Origin: Eledone cirrhosa
Lineage: Eukaryota
DNA length: 64,000 nt
Assembly (NCBI GenBank): GCA_964016885.1
Contig: OZ024741.1
Coordinates: 170,190,001 to 170,254,000 of the forward strand
Direction of reading: 5' to 3'
This document shows, piece after piece, positions 1 through 14,300 of this stretch. The position numbers and the translations under genes are program-made. Below the pieces are notes generated by a model that worked only from the letters and a program-made list of their open reading frames with translations, did not search any database and was not told the origin of the DNA. Positions within the stretch are counted from its first letter, which is position 1; every line of letters begins with the position of its first letter.

Positions 1-357
1 AGAAGTTATTTATATAGTCAAAATAATGTCTTCATTATTCATACTCATAATTAATGATTTAATGATACTCCTTTTGAATGCTGCAATTCAAAAATGGCTG
101 TTTGAACTGTATGTTTGCAAGTGTGTTATATCCTGGATAACTTTGGTTTAAACGGATCATAGATTTTGAGATGACCAAGTTGATAGGGTCGAGTTCAGAG
201 ACAAATTGAGAATAATTTTGTTTTGTAAAATCCTAGGATTCGTGGGAGAAACTTATGGTCTGCTTCAACAAATATTAAAGCAGGGGAGAGTTCAAGGAAG
301 GGATTTGCAAGTTAATTATGCGGTGAAAAATTACATCAAATGCTTGCACATAATTAA

Positions 358-858
358 AATAATTGTTTCTACTTTTGGCACAAGGCCAGCAATTAACCAG
401 TGTATTACTGGTACATTATTTTATCGACCCCGTAAGGATGAAAGGCAAAGTTAACCTCGGCGGGATTTGAACTCAGACCATGAAGTACATAATTAAAATA
501 ATTGTTTCTACTTTAGGCACAAGGCCAGCAATTATCCAGTGCATTACTGGTACTTTATTTTATCGACCCCGTAAGGATGAAAGGCAAAGTTAACCTCGGC
601 GGGATTTGAACTCAGACCGTAAAGGGACATAACTATGCTGGAAAGCATGGTGTCCGACTCTCTACCGATACTGCCAATCTACCGATTTATGTAATTAAAA
701 TAATTGTTTCTACTTTTGGCACAAGGCCAGTAATTACCCAGTGCATTACTGGTACTTTATTTTATCGACCCCGTAAGGATGAAAGGCAAAGTTAACCTCG
801 GCGGGAATTGAACTCAGAAATGGCAAGGGCCGTAACTCTATGCGTCAAAGCATGGCGT
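358..858 (-). mobile_element. Three tandem copies (one near full length, two 5'-truncated) of a tRNA-derived SINE
   Basis: The minus strand of the fullest copy has A-box-like TGGCAGTATCGG, B-box GAGTTCAAATCC, a core GCCTTTCATCCTTACGGGGTCGATAAAATAAAGTACCAG and a tail GCCTTGTGCC...AGTAGAAACAATTAT. The core resembles the Meta-SINE domain (from memory, not searched). At least 13 copies occur in the window. Confidence 0.9.
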
Positions 859-1350
859 GTGTGAGCGATACATAATGAGTGTGAGCGATACATAATGAGA
901 GAAAAAATTAAAGAGTGTGTTTTAGTAGAGAGGGCCAAAGTTATGTGCAAGATTAGGATTAAATAAGGGGGTAAGTGATCGTGAAGTTGGTACGAATTCT
1001 ATCATTGTCTACTGCAAGTCCGTTCCGTTCAATGTGATCTCGTTATATAACTTTAATAGATTTTTGTCAGTTGGGATAGTGCGAAACATCTAACTTTAGC
1101 TCATTTATAATGACACACTCTGAAATCCAATTCCATGTTCAAGTTTTACCTATCTGAATGTCTAACCGTTAGACATTTAGATAGTTAAAACTCTAACGCA
1201 TCAATCTTACCAGATTCGGAAGATCTTCAATGATTGCGTGTAATGTTCTGCCACTTCCTTTGAATATCTTATAAAACAAAATAACTGAGTGAGTTTTGTT
1301 ATTCAACACTCTAAACAACTTTATGACAAAGAATATTTTAATTTTATACA

Positions 1351-1390
<40 letters not shown>

Positions 1391-1502
1391 GGAGAGAGAG
1401 AGAGAGAGTGAGAGAGAGGGCGAGAGAGAGAGAGAGAAGAGTTAGAGATGGCAGAGAGAGAGAGAGAGAAGAGTTAGAGATGGCAGAGAGAGTGAGAGTG
1501 AG
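1351..1502. repeat. (TA)n-(AG)n compound microsatellite, representative of dozens of TA/CA tracts in 1-33 kb
   Basis: Directly visible dinucleotide runs. Confidence 0.95.
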
Positions 1503-1699
1503 ACAAAAATGAAGCCGGGACGAATACGGCAAATTTTTCTATAAGATACTGCTAATGATTTTGATAATACACCGCTTTTGTACGTTAATAAGTGTGTATA
1601 TATTTATCTACATATGTGCGAATATATTTCTCTACATAGATGTTTTTATACATATATAACTTTGATAACTTTGATAGGTTTCGGCCAGTGTTGGCCCTG

Positions 1700-2250
1700 G
1701 CCATGTCTAACTTAATAGCACCACCTGGTGAAGTCTTTCAAATCAGGATTTGGGCACCATGGCCCACTCAAGTAGAGAGTTATTGTTTACTGAGGCATAT
1801 TCGGGTGTAGGAAGTTTATCCGGGAATTCTTGAAGGAATTGGCCCAAAGACTTCTTGAACTTTTAATGTGTTTTGGTGTAATGTTAAAGAGAGCAGGGCC
1901 AATTGAGGTGAAATGATTGTGCCGTATTGTTGTTATGAGATGCGAGTGAGATTTTTGTCGTGGGCGGATAGCACGGGGCCCAAGCTTTGGGCGTACCTTA
2001 AAGGTGATGCCAACATCATTTGGGCAAAGCTGATGGAATATTATCCACATCATGCAGATAATGTAGCGCTCACGGCGACGTTGGAGAGAATAAAGGTTGA
2101 GCTTTTCTAGTCGACTCCAATAGTCAGGGCCTGTCATGCCATCTATCTTTTTGTAATTGATCTTTGGGGTGCTTCAACTTTCATGATACTTTGTTTTGTG
2201 TGGGTAGACCACAGTGGACAACAGTATTCAAGGTGGGGTTGGGCTCTACA
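1700..2250 (-). pseudogene. 3' fragment of a CR1-group LINE (RT C-terminal region)
   Basis: ORF 1787..2137 contains DYWSRLEKLNLYSLQRRRERYII, preceded across frameshifts by HLEYCCPLWS. This is typical of the CR1/L2-group RT C-terminus. Confidence 0.8.
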
Positions 2251-2731
2251 AACGTGTTCAGTATTCAACTGTATTTTCTAGTACTACGAATTCTATTTGA
2301 CGATATTTGGAAGGTAATGTGCTTTTATGTAACACTGCAGGCGTTAATGTATTTCTCTAAATTTTTAAAAGTAATTACATAACCACTAATATCTTAATGA
2401 AATCCCTGCTTCTCTATGCTATACATCCTACATGGTCAAAAGGTTTTATCAAAGCGTGTGTTAACTACGCTTCAACTCTCCTGTTGAACCTTAGCTAATA
2501 CTTTGTGGTCGTTCAGTAAGAAAATGAATGAAAAATGTCTATATACCTGTATATATGTATGCATTTCTCTTTACATACACACACTCACACATACACATGC
2601 TCGCACGCACACACACGAACGCAAAGACACACACACACACACATATATTGAACATTTGATTGTCTTTGTTACTGATATATGAGAGAACAAGGGGGAAAAA
2701 GATAAAAGTAAAAGATATAAACACAATATAT

Positions 2732-2838
<107 letters not shown>

Positions 2839-2906
2839 TAATTGGTGTGGGATGCTTAAAGCGTCCGTAAGCGGTAGGCCGTTTGGAAACTCTGCTTCGT
2901 AGAATC

Positions 2907-3005
2907 GAGACGTATCTGAGGACCTTGCGATTTCAGAGTCAGGTTCGATCATCACATCGATCGTGCCTCGAGCTGGTCGCCAAGGAAACGATTGTAATAT
3001 GTCTC
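2907..3005 (+). ncRNA. Type I hammerhead ribozyme with extended stem II (PLE family C; element about 2841-3045)
   Basis: Stem I GAGACGTAT/ATATGTCTC; core CTGAGGA (2916-2922); stem II closed by CTTG-CGA/TCG-CCAAG around about 45 nt; GAAA; minimal stem III CGATTG; cleavage triplet GTA. Confidence 0.75.
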
Positions 3006-3083
3006 ATAAATTTTATTCGTCGCAACACTGATTTTCCGTTTCTTATGTGATATATATATATATATATATCATATATATATATA

Positions 3084-3274
3084 TATAGGAACGAGTAGGA
3101 CCCCGACGGCTGAGCTCAAGCCGTTTCGACGGCTAATTCTGGACTAGTTAGCCGTCGAAACGGCTTGAGCTCAGCCGTCGGGGTCCTACTCGTTCCTATT
3201 ACCCACTCTACTTCCCTAAGTATTGAGTACTTTGGTGCGTTATGGTCCACCTGGTTCCTTACCACATTTCCTTC

Positions 3275-3280
<6 letters not shown>
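3084..3280 (+). mobile_element. Fold-back PLE terminal remnant (family B) carrying a hammerhead 3' half
   Basis: Palindrome of about 115 bp at 3085-3199 containing GAAAC-GGCT..AGCC-GTC-GGGGTCC, then a tail TTACCCACTCTAC..AGTATTGAGTAC..GGTCCACCTGG. The tail is shared with 7105-7310, 25466-25680, 25940-26115 and 31757-31865. Flanked by (TA)n. Confidence 0.75.
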
Positions 3281-3318
<38 letters not shown>

Positions 3319-3656
3319 TATAAATACGTAGAGAGAGAGAGATAAATTATTTATATCATTGTTAAAAAAAATGAAAGAAAATAGAAAAGGCAGAATGGAG
3401 AGGTATATGGAGTAAATTTGAAAGTTAAAAATACAATGCAAATATCGGTAAAAATATATAGATTAAAAGATATAGCTAAAATTAGATCATTATAGCTAAA
3501 ATTTATCACTAAAAATATATAGCTGAAACGATATTCCGTCAAATATAACTCTAAATATATATCATCAAAATGCTATAAATGGAAAAACGAAATCGTCAAG
3601 AGAGTAACACATCATCTTTGATATTAATAGAATATGAACAAATTATACACACATAC

Positions 3657-3699
<43 letters not shown>

Positions 3700-3705
3700 C
3701 ATACA

Positions 3706-3744
<39 letters not shown>

Positions 3745-3842
3745 CTACATACATATATATATATACTTACATATATACATATATATACATATATATACAT
3801 ATATATATATATATACATACATATATATATATGAGTTTAACG

Positions 3843-3876
<34 letters not shown>

Positions 3877-3943
3877 TTCGTTAAACTCATATATATATAT
3901 GTATGTATATATATATATATATGTATATATATAGATATATATG

Positions 3944-4140
3944 AGTCTCGGGTTCAATCGGGGGTAACGACAGTAAGTAAGGTACTCAATTCATAATATA
4001 TTATATACAAGATTTAATATAGAAATAGATTCTACAGGACTAGAACTGTTTCATTCGAAGGAAATCACCAGGAAAACCTTTCCTGATGATTTCCTTCAAA
4101 TGAATCAGTTGAAGTCCTGTAGAAGCGATTTCTATATCAA
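3944..4140. mobile_element. Fold-back pair of family A pLTR/hammerhead copies
   Basis: 4018-4075 is the reverse complement of 4080-4137 (CTGATGATTTCC..TGAA.CAGTT..AGTCCTGTAGAA). The tail at 3944-4010 matches the family A terminus at 12705-12780. Confidence 0.75.
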
Positions 4141-4396
4141 ATACATATATGTATGTATTATTCAGTTGACGAAAGTTGGTTGATCAGAATCTGCCGACTT
4201 TTTCAACAGGTCTTAAGCACTCATGGTTTGTGTTACTTAGGATTTTCTCCGTAAGGTATAGTCGGGAGTTTTAGTATAATAAATAAGAGAGTTATTATAT
4301 AACTACCTTACATCTTCGAAATGCGTATAACGAACTAGATAATAAAATGAAGATGTACGAATAAAACCGTCTCTCTTATTTATTATATTTATACAC

Positions 4397-4441
<45 letters not shown>

Positions 4442-4536
4442 GGTAAACATTGATGCAATTCAATTCAAGCACTCAACGTACTTTTTCCACATAGGAGTGA
4501 CGGAGTAAATATCGAATAACTACTTCGCATTTCCTT

Positions 4537-4609
<73 letters not shown>

Positions 4610-4868
4610 CACAGAGAAAATTGATAGGAAAATCTGCTTCGTAGAATCGAGACGTATCCGACGAACGAGATATTTCAGAGTCAGGTGTGATCACCACATC
4701 GATCATGCCTCGAGCGGGTCGCCCGAGAAAGAATTGTAATATGTCTAATACATTCCTTTCGTCGCGACCTGATTCTCTTTTTTCAGTGATATCATATTCT
4801 GCTCCACGAGGGCATCGAGTGCTCATACGGCCTATTGCATACGGATGCTTTAAGCATCCCACACCAAT
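4610..4868 (+). mobile_element. Second copy of PLE family C with a degraded hammerhead core
   Basis: Colinear with 2891-3035, with core CCGACGA. Its 3' end GCTTTAAGCATCCCACACCAAT appears inverted at 2841-2862. Confidence 0.75.
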
Positions 4869-4889
4869 TATATATATAGAGTATATATA

Positions 4890-5340
4890 TAGTTTTAATA
4901 TAGAAGAACTTCTATACGACTAGAACTGTTTCATTCGTGAGAAATCATCAGGAAGCTGGCTGCCCAAATAAGTAGTGGTATTTATATCTTTCCTTTTCTG
5001 GTGGTAGGAGTGAGTGAGGATTGGTATGGGTGGAGGTCATTGGATTTAAAGAAAAGGGAGTTCATTAAAAGCTAATTCTTTAAAGCTATTATATTAACAA
5101 AGGCAGAAAGAATACTGTAAACAAATTCAATCCTAGTTGATCACTAAGACTAACAATGCCTGTAAGACAGGTGTCTACAGGATGGGTGGGGTTCAATGGT
5201 TTAAAGAAAAGGGAAATACTTTAGGGCTGAAAGAAGGGTGACAAAGGCAAAAAGGGTTCCATCAACAGATTCAAGTGTTGGGGTTATTCCCCTTATTGTG
5301 AAGTTTCTCCTAATATATATTCCAGGTGTAGACAAGCTCA
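4890..5340 (-). mobile_element. Family A-related PLE pLTR/3' UTR with hammerhead (about 4904-4956)
   Basis: Minus strand AGCTTC-CTGATGA-TTTCTCACGAAT-GAAAC-AGTTCTAGTC. The adjacent UTR is similar to 7560-7760 (GAAAAGGGA.TTCATTAAAAGCTAATTCT, AACAAAGGCAGA). Confidence 0.75.
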
Positions 5341-5528
5341 TTCACATACGCGCCCACTTACACACCTACATACACATACACGCACACACAGGCAGGGACA
5401 CACACAATAAACATACATAATGGTACATACACAAACACATATACACAAATATATACATATATACATATATATACACATATACATATATATGTGTGTATAT
5501 GCATACGCATATATGTATATATATACAC

Positions 5529-5562
<34 letters not shown>

Positions 5563-5662
5563 GGTCTCATGCATACACACGCACACACACATTCATACGT
5601 ACACATATACATACATATATACACACATAAACACATATATACACATACGTATACACACACAT

Positions 5663-5713
<51 letters not shown>

Positions 5714-5926
5714 ATCAAGGGCGGTGCCCCAGCATGGCCTCAGCCGGATGGCTGAAACAGGTAAAAAAAAAAAAGAGTATATATATAGATATACACACGC
5801 ACACATATACACACACACATATATATATTGTGAAACTAAAAACCATATCATTTGTACTGGCTCTCTGTTTTTTGTTCTCTGTTCATATATTAAACTATAT
5901 ATATATATACCCCCCCCCACCCACAG

Positions 5927-5980
<54 letters not shown>

Positions 5981-6066
5981 ATACTTTGGGAGGGTCATGT
6001 TGCCAATAACAAAATGGCGTAGGACAGAACAAAGGAGAGGCACAGAAACAAAGAAAGGAATCCCCA

Positions 6067-6109
6067 GTCACTGAAGAGGTCACAGAGTGTGTGACGAAAG
6101 AACTATGAC
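6067..6109 (+). ncRNA. Minimal type I hammerhead (PLE family D; element about 5975-6270)
   Basis: GTCA-CTGAAGA-G-GTCACA(GAGTG)TGTGAC-GAAA-GAAC-TA-TGAC. The element begins with the inverted family terminus ATTGTTATACTTTGGGAGGGTCATG. Confidence 0.75.
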
Positions 6110-6501
6110 AATATATAAACAACTATCTGGTTGTAGAACCAACCAACCAACCAGAAATTTATAAATTTATAAATTTATTATAAATTTATTATAATAAATT
6201 GAAGTGAAAGCAACTGGTGCGTGTGTTTCTTACTAAAGAATCTTGCTAAACAAATTCAGAAACGAAATATATATATATATACAAATATATACATATATAT
6301 ACAAACATATATATATATCGAGTTTATAACTCAATATTTGATATTCACGGCTCCATACGTTGAGCTAATTTTAGTCCCATAAAACCTATTTTTAGCGACA
6401 CGATTATGAGACGAGTTAGGCACTGGGACACATGTGCGTTCAACAACACGTATTTCTGAGTCTTCTTAAGTATTTTGAAGTGAATGATACGAATTTTCCT
6501 G

Positions 6502-6578
6502 GATACCCGCAGAAGAGCACAGGAATAGTAAGTTTCACTTAATTGTTGCGAAACAAATTTAGAATTTGTCCGGGTATC
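6502..6578 (+). ncRNA. Type I hammerhead motif with one core substitution
   Basis: Stem I GATACCCG/CGGGTATC (8 bp); core CAGAAGA versus consensus CTGANGA; stem II GCA..TGC; GAAAC-AAATT(TAG)AATTT-GTC. Confidence 0.7.
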
Positions 6579-6662
6579 ACGGCCATTGCCAATATAGGTT
6601 TGTTATTTTTATTGATTTATTATTTTAAATCGAGACAGGCAAACAATATTATGTTAAATCAG

Positions 6663-6851
6663 GGCGGTGGATTGGCAGTATCGGTAGAGGGTCGGACGCC
6701 ATGCTTTCCAGCATAGTTACGTCCCTTTACGATCTGAATTCAAATCCCACCGAGGTTGAATTTGCCTTTCATCCTTACGTGGTCGATAAAATAAAGTACC
6801 AGTAATGTACTGATATATTGCTGGCCTTGTGCCAAAAGTAGAAACAATTAT
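6663..6851 (+). mobile_element. Full-length tRNA-derived SINE
   Basis: GGCGGTGGATTGGCAGTATCGG (A box) ... GAATTCAAATCC (B box) ... core ... GTAGAAACAATTAT. Confidence 0.9.
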
Positions 6852-6944
6852 GTTAAATTAGTATTTTTCAACCTAGCTAACCTGGTCATTTGCAATTCGA
6901 ATACATTTATAATTGTATAGGTGTTAATCCCTCATATATTCATT

Positions 6945-7014
<70 letters not shown>

Positions 7015-7059
7015 GTGTGTATATGTATTGTATGTATGTGTGTATGTATGTATATGTAA

Positions 7060-7104
<45 letters not shown>

Positions 7105-7110
<6 letters not shown>

Positions 7111-7310
7111 GGAGGAAATGTGGTAGGGAACCAGGTGGACCATAACGCATCAAAGTACTCAATACTTAGGGTAGTAGAGTGGGTAATAGGAACGAATAGG
7201 ACCCCTGCGGCTGAGCTCAAGCCGTTTCGACGGCTAATTCTGGACTCCTGAGTCCAGAATTAGCCGTCGAAACGGCTTGAGCTCAGCCGTCGGGGTCCTA
7301 CTCGTTCCTA
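7105..7310 (-). mobile_element. Family B fold-back PLE remnant
   Basis: Palindrome 7186-7310 with its axis at GGACTCCTGAGTCC, plus the family B tail, between (TA)n tracts. Confidence 0.75.
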
Positions 7311-7444
7311 TACATGTATATATATATACATATATATATATACATATTTACATACACATACATACACACATACATACAATACATATACACACACACACAC
7401 ACATATATATATATACGTACATACACACATACATACATACACTT

Positions 7445-7477
<33 letters not shown>

Positions 7478-8111
7478 CATATATATTCATATATATATAT
7501 ATATAGATGAGATTCTACAGGACTAGAACTGTTTCATACTTTAGAAATCATCAGGTATCTGGGTATCAAAAAATAAATATGGTATTTATAGGTCTCTACA
7601 AGTGGAAGGAGAGGGTGGGGAGTGGGATGGGTGTAGGTCATTGGTTGATAGAAAAGGGAATTCATTAAAAGCTAATTCTACAAAACTATAGTTTATTTTT
7701 ATTTTTATTAATTTTTGTTTTTAGAGTAACAAAGGCAGACAGAATTCTATAAACAGGTTCCGGATGGCATACCATTCCTTGTCATTAAGTATCTCTTAAG
7801 CTAACAGATGTCTATAAGATCAGTGGGGGGTCAGTCATGGTAGATAGAATTAAAGGAAAGGGAGATTCTTTAAAAGCTAAATTCATTAAGGTTCTACTAA
7901 GTGACAGAGGTTTAGAGAATTCTGGAGACGGATTCAAAATACTGAGTGCATATCTTACAATTATCTTCGAACTTCTCTTAAACTAATCAACTATATGCCA
8001 AAAATCAACAGACACATTCACACACTCCCGCGCAACCATAAACACACATACACATACACATATACACACATAAAAACACACACACATATATAAATATATC
8101 TATATATACAT

Positions 8112-8193
<82 letters not shown>

Positions 8194-8201
8194 TCACACA
8201 C

Positions 8202-8232
<31 letters not shown>

Positions 8233-8337
8233 TATATACACATATAAATACACTCACACACATACATACATACACACAAATATACATGTGCATACATATA
8301 CGTATATATACACATAGATATATATATATATATATAT

Positions 8338-8368
<31 letters not shown>

Positions 8369-8412
8369 TACAATACACATATATATATACATACACACAC
8401 ACATACACACAA

Positions 8413-8451
<39 letters not shown>

Positions 8452-8480
8452 AAGAAATATATACATATACATACACACAC

Positions 8481-8513
<33 letters not shown>

Positions 8514-8553
8514 CACAGACACACACATATACACATATATAAGGAAAAAGCAC

Positions 8554-8653
<100 letters not shown>

Positions 8654-8704
8654 TACACACACACATACATACATATATACACAAATACATACACATATAT
8701 GCAC

Positions 8705-8753
<49 letters not shown>

Positions 8754-8980
8754 TATATATATACATATATATATACAAACATACATATACATATATATAT
8801 ACACATACACACACACACAATATATATACACACATATACATATACACACACATACATACACACATACACAGATACATACATACATACATATACAAATATA
8901 TATATATATACATATACATACACATATATATATATATACATACATACATACACACATATATACACACACACACATATACA

Positions 8981-9012
<32 letters not shown>

Positions 9013-9214
9013 TACACATGCATATATATAAATATATATATATACATATATATCTATATACATACATATATACACATACATACACAGACATATACATAAA
9101 TATACACATTTATACAAACATATATACGCGTATATACACACATATATACATAGATATATACACGCATACACACATACACACACACAAATATATATACACA
9201 CACTCTATCTCTCA

Positions 9215-9299
<85 letters not shown>

Positions 9300-9363
9300 A
9301 TATACACACATATATATACACACCTGCACACACACACATATATATATACACACTCATACACAT

Positions 9364-9404
<41 letters not shown>

Positions 9405-9427
9405 CATACACATACACATACACACAC

Positions 9428-9494
<67 letters not shown>

Positions 9495-9803
9495 TATACA
9501 CATATATATACATACATACATATACATACATAAATATACACACATAAAACACATATACACACATACATATATATATATACATACACATACATATACACAC
9601 ATACACACAAGAATATACACATACAAATAAATAAGTACTCAATAAATATACGCATATACGCAGGCACATAAAAACACCTCTACAGGCAGAAAATGTAGAT
9701 AGGAAAGAGGTACTCACATAACCATAGTGGCCGTATTTCAGGTTGGGGAGTGGTGGGGGTAGGGTGGGAAGGAGGTATAGGGGCCAATAGAGGGAGGTCG
9801 TTT

Positions 9804-10787
9804 TTAGCCAACGGGCTTTAACACTGGCTTAAAGTGTTTGAAAGTTGCAAAGTTCTTGTGCATGCAGTTTGGGCAGTGTTCAGAGAGTTTGTTCAGTAGC
9901 GGGCCCTTGGCGAATAAAATTTCGTAGCTCTCTGAAATACAAAGGTCGCAGCCCTTGTGTCCTCCGTTGTAAGAGCACGCTTTCTGGAGTATTTTCCATT
10001 TAAGCGTGAAGGGGGTGGAGTTCCTTTTGAGGTCCCAAACGTAGGAGGCGAGTGTTGTCTGATTTTATTTGTCCGGTCTCTTGAAGGAGTGGGTATGGGC
10101 ATACCAACGGGTCTTAAAGTTGTTGGAGGTCATGCCGATGTAAGTTTTTTTGCAATCCTCGGTGCCTGAGATGACATCGCATTTGTATACGATATCATTT
10201 GTGAGGCATTTGTTTTCAAGTGGGCATGCTTCCTTATTTAGGCAATTACATAGAGCCCCAGTCCGGGGATTGGGTTCGGAGGTGGTTGGCTTATTTAATT
10301 TTTTAGAATTGTGGTTGGCTATATTCCTAGCTAGGTTAGGTGTGGTGGAGTAAGACAGTCTTATTGTGTTCTTATTAAAGATGGTGTGGTACCTATGTTG
10401 TATGGGGAAGTGTAATTTCAGCAAAGTGAAGAAAAAACTAGCTATCGGAGTAGATACCTCTCTATTGAAGGGAGGGTTGTACCAGCTAATCTGCCTATGT
10501 CTATTCCTCTTCTGCAATCTTGCGGTGGTTTCTAGGTAAGTTATCTTATCTTTAAATCCGCTACGGGCGAGGGCGTCATTGTAGTAGGAGGCAGATGCAT
10601 TAAAAATATCTTTGTTGGCGGAGAGGCCAGATATTCTAATAGAGACGCTTTTTACTAGGTTATCAGTGATGTTTTGGGGGTGGTTTGAATTAACATTAAT
10701 ATATTTAAGGGACTCGTTAGGTTTGTGGTACGGGTAATAGAGGGAAGTATCTAGGTCGAGAGTGACATCTAAGAAGTTGGCCCCCAC
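9804..10787 (-). pseudogene. PLE polyprotein C-terminal half: RT thumb, Cys-rich linker and GIY-YIG endonuclease, with one in-frame TAA
   Basis: [23 protein letters not shown] (RT end), [43 protein letters not shown] (GIY-YIG). After TAA at 10065-10067 the same frame continues TLASYVWDLK..LKWKIL..CDLCISE..LLNKLSEHCPNCMH to a stop at 9804. Confidence 0.9.
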
Positions 10788-10790
10788 ATA

Positions 10791-10841
<51 letters not shown>

Positions 10842-10882
10842 GTGTGTGTATGTGTATGTGTATGTATGTATATATGTATATG

Positions 10883-10941
<59 letters not shown>

Positions 10942-11006
10942 ATGTGTGTATCTGTATGTGTGTGTATATATATATGTGTGTGTGCAGGTGTGTATATATA
11001 TGTGTG

Positions 11007-11089
<83 letters not shown>

Positions 11090-11390
11090 GCGTGAGAGAT
11101 AGAGTGTGTGTATATATATTTGTGTGTGTGTATGTGTGTATGCGTGTATATATATATGTATATATGTGTGTATATATGCGTATATATGTTTGTATATATG
11201 TGTATATTTATGTATATGTCTGTGTATGTATGTGTATATATGTATATATATAGATATATATGTATATATATATATTTATATATATGCATGTGTATGTGTG
11301 TTTGTGTGTGTGTGTATATATATGTGTATATGTGTGAGTGTATATATATGTGTGCATGTATGTATGTATATATATATATATATGTGTATG

Positions 11391-11457
<67 letters not shown>

Positions 11458-11679
11458 GTATATATGTATATATATTTGTATATGTATGTATGTATCTGTG
11501 TATGTGTGTATGTATGTGTGTGTGTGTGTATATGTATATATGTGTATATATATTGTGTGTGTGTGTATGTGTATATATATGTGTATATGTATGTTTGTAT
11601 ATATATGTATATATATATATATGTGTGTGTGTATATATGTGTATGTATTTGTGTATGTATGTATGTATGTGTGTGTGTA

Positions 11680-11714
<35 letters not shown>

Positions 11715-11737
11715 GAATATATGTATGAATGGTGTAC

Positions 11738-11777
<40 letters not shown>

Positions 11778-12645
11778 GTATGTATGGTGCTTTTTCCTTA
11801 TATATGTGTATATGTGTGTGTCTGTGTATATATATAAATATATATATGTATGTATGTGTGTGTGTATGTATATGTATATATTTGTTTATGTATATATATA
11901 TATATATATATGTGTGTGTTTGTGTGTATGTGTGTGTGTATGTATATATATATGTATATGTGTGTATATATGTGTATTGTATATATATATATATGTATAT
12001 ATGTGTATATATATATATATATCTATGTGTATATATATGTATATGTATGCACATGTATATTTGTGTGTATGTATGTATGTGTGTGAGTGTATTTATATGT
12101 GTATATATGTGTGTGTGTGTGTGTGTGTGTTTTTATGTGTTTTTATGTGTATGTGTATGTGTGTTTATGGTTGCGCGCGAGTGTGTGAATGTGTCTGTTG
12201 ATTTTTGGCATATAGTTGATTAGTTTAAGAGAAGTTCGAAGATAATTGTAAGATATGCACTCAGTATTTTGAATCTGTCTACAGAATTCTCTAAACCTTT
12301 GTCACTTAGTAGAACCTTAATGAATTTAGCTTTTAAAGAATCTCCCTTTCCTTTAATTCTATCTACCACGACTGACCCCCCACTGATCTTATAGACATCT
12401 GTTAGCTTAAGAGATACTTAATGACAAGGAATGGTATGCCATCCGGAACCTGTTTATAGAATTCTGTCTGCCTTTGTTACTCTAAAAACAAAAATTAATA
12501 AAAATAAAAATAAACTATAGCTTTGTAGAATTAGCTTTTAATGAATTCCCTTTTCTATCAACCAATGACCTACACCCATCCCACTTCCCACCCTCTCCTA
12601 CCACTTGTAGAGACCTATAAATACCATATTTATTTTTTGATACCC

Positions 12646-12696
12646 AGATTCCTGATGATTTCTAAAGAATGAAACAGTTCTAGTCCTGTAGAATCT
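12646..12696 (+). ncRNA. Type I hammerhead ribozyme (family A)
   Basis: Stem I AGATTC/GAATCT; CTGATGA (12652-12658); stem II TTC(TAAA)GAA; GAAA; stem III CAG(TTCTAGTC)CTG; triplet GTA. Confidence 0.8.
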
Positions 12697-12778
12697 CATC
12701 TATATTAAAACTTTTATACTCTGCAATGTATTGAGTACCCTACTTACTGTGGTTACCTCCGATTCAACCCGGAATAAC

Positions 12779-12875
<97 letters not shown>

Positions 12876-13116
12876 CATATACACACATATATATATACAC
12901 ATACATATACACACATACATACACACATACACATGTAAATATATAAATAAATAAATACACAAATACACACATACAGGCACAAAATATATATTATTCAGAA
13001 TATTAATAAATGAAGACATTCACATAGTCAAAATATATGTTCTATTATACCAGTATTGACTGTCAATACTGGAATTGAGCCATCAAGACCGTTGAGGTAT
13101 GTCATACATCAATTCA

Positions 13117-13184
13117 TGTATTTTATCTGACGAGGACGTACTGAAAAAACAGCACAGTACCTTCGAAATATATATAATATAACA
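13117..13184 (+). ncRNA. Hammerhead motif inside a short element with inverted ends (about 12988-13234)
   Basis: TTTTAT-CTGACGA-GGACGTACTG..CAGTACCTTC-GAAA-TATATA-TA. The ends CAGAATATTAATAAATGAAGACATTCACATA and its reverse complement at 13196-13226 are inverted. Confidence 0.7.
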
Positions 13185-13678
13185 TCTATTTTGATTATGT
13201 GAATGTCTTCATTTATTAATATTCTGTATAATATTAATAACTCCAGAAAACTTCCTTGTAGAGTGCTTTTAATCTATTGTAAAACTATATTCATTGAGTA
13301 ATCAATGAACCATATTAATCTTTAGTCAAAAAAACAAAATATATATATATACACACATATATATATATACATATATATATAAACATACATAAATATATAT
13401 ATTTTCCGTTTTGTATGGCTTCTTGACTCATTGTTTAGCTCTGGTTTTTAACTATGGAGCACTTTGCCAGTATCATTTCTGAATTTTGCGTTTCGCTTCG
13501 CTTTTCCTGCTCGTCGAAATGCGATTCTCGCTGAATCTTTATTTGTATATATATATATATATATACGGGGTAACAGATTATTGTTATAGGTAGTCCACTT
13601 AAGTGTAGTCCAGTTATGGTACTCCGGGTAGTGGATAATAAACCTTTTTGTATAGCAAACCGTGTCACTCTTCTTTCA

Positions 13679-13749
<71 letters not shown>

Positions 13750-14300
13750 GTCCTAACAAAATGTATACACACTTCAACAGCTTTCTAATATATATTGCCT
13801 GTACATGGAATGAAAGTGTGTATACACACCTCTCCAAGACTATGTCACTGAGCCGAGTTCTTTGGCGCTACGCTGTAATACAGAAGAACTACCTTGTCTA
13901 AGTACAAAGCGAAACCAACAGTCAGAAGGCACCTCTTAACCAAAAATACCCCCCATCCCACTACCGGTAAACCCACCCCATCAATACCACCCCTTTGCCT
14001 GTAAAGTTATGTTGGTACCACAACACCCGGTCCTAAATAAATGAGGTCGTGTAGGTGTCACGACAAAAAAACACACAGTCCACGCTGTAATGTGGCCGTA
14101 TAGGTAACACGGTAAAAAAACTCCCAGTCAACACTGTATACGTGGTTGGTGTTAGGAAAGGCATCCAGCCGTAGAGAGCCTGCCAGACAGTCCTATACGA
14201 GCAAGACAACCAATCTTGCCTCAAGTCTAAACCCATGCTAGCCTGGAAGATAGACGTTAAACGATGATGATGATGATGATGATGATATATATATATATAT

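Noticed and set aside
6663-6750. SINE head as a tRNA gene
   Set aside because: A and B boxes are present, but there is no cloverleaf and it is always attached to the SINE core and tail.
10065-10067. In-frame stop in the GIY-YIG ORF as programmed recoding
   Set aside because: It is TAA, not TGA, in a 5'-truncated copy. A nonsense mutation is the simpler explanation.
13743-13830. Possible Tc1/mariner MITE end (TAGGGTGTCC..GTATACACACTT with a short inverted match)
   Set aside because: No complete second TIR was found, so it is too weak to call.
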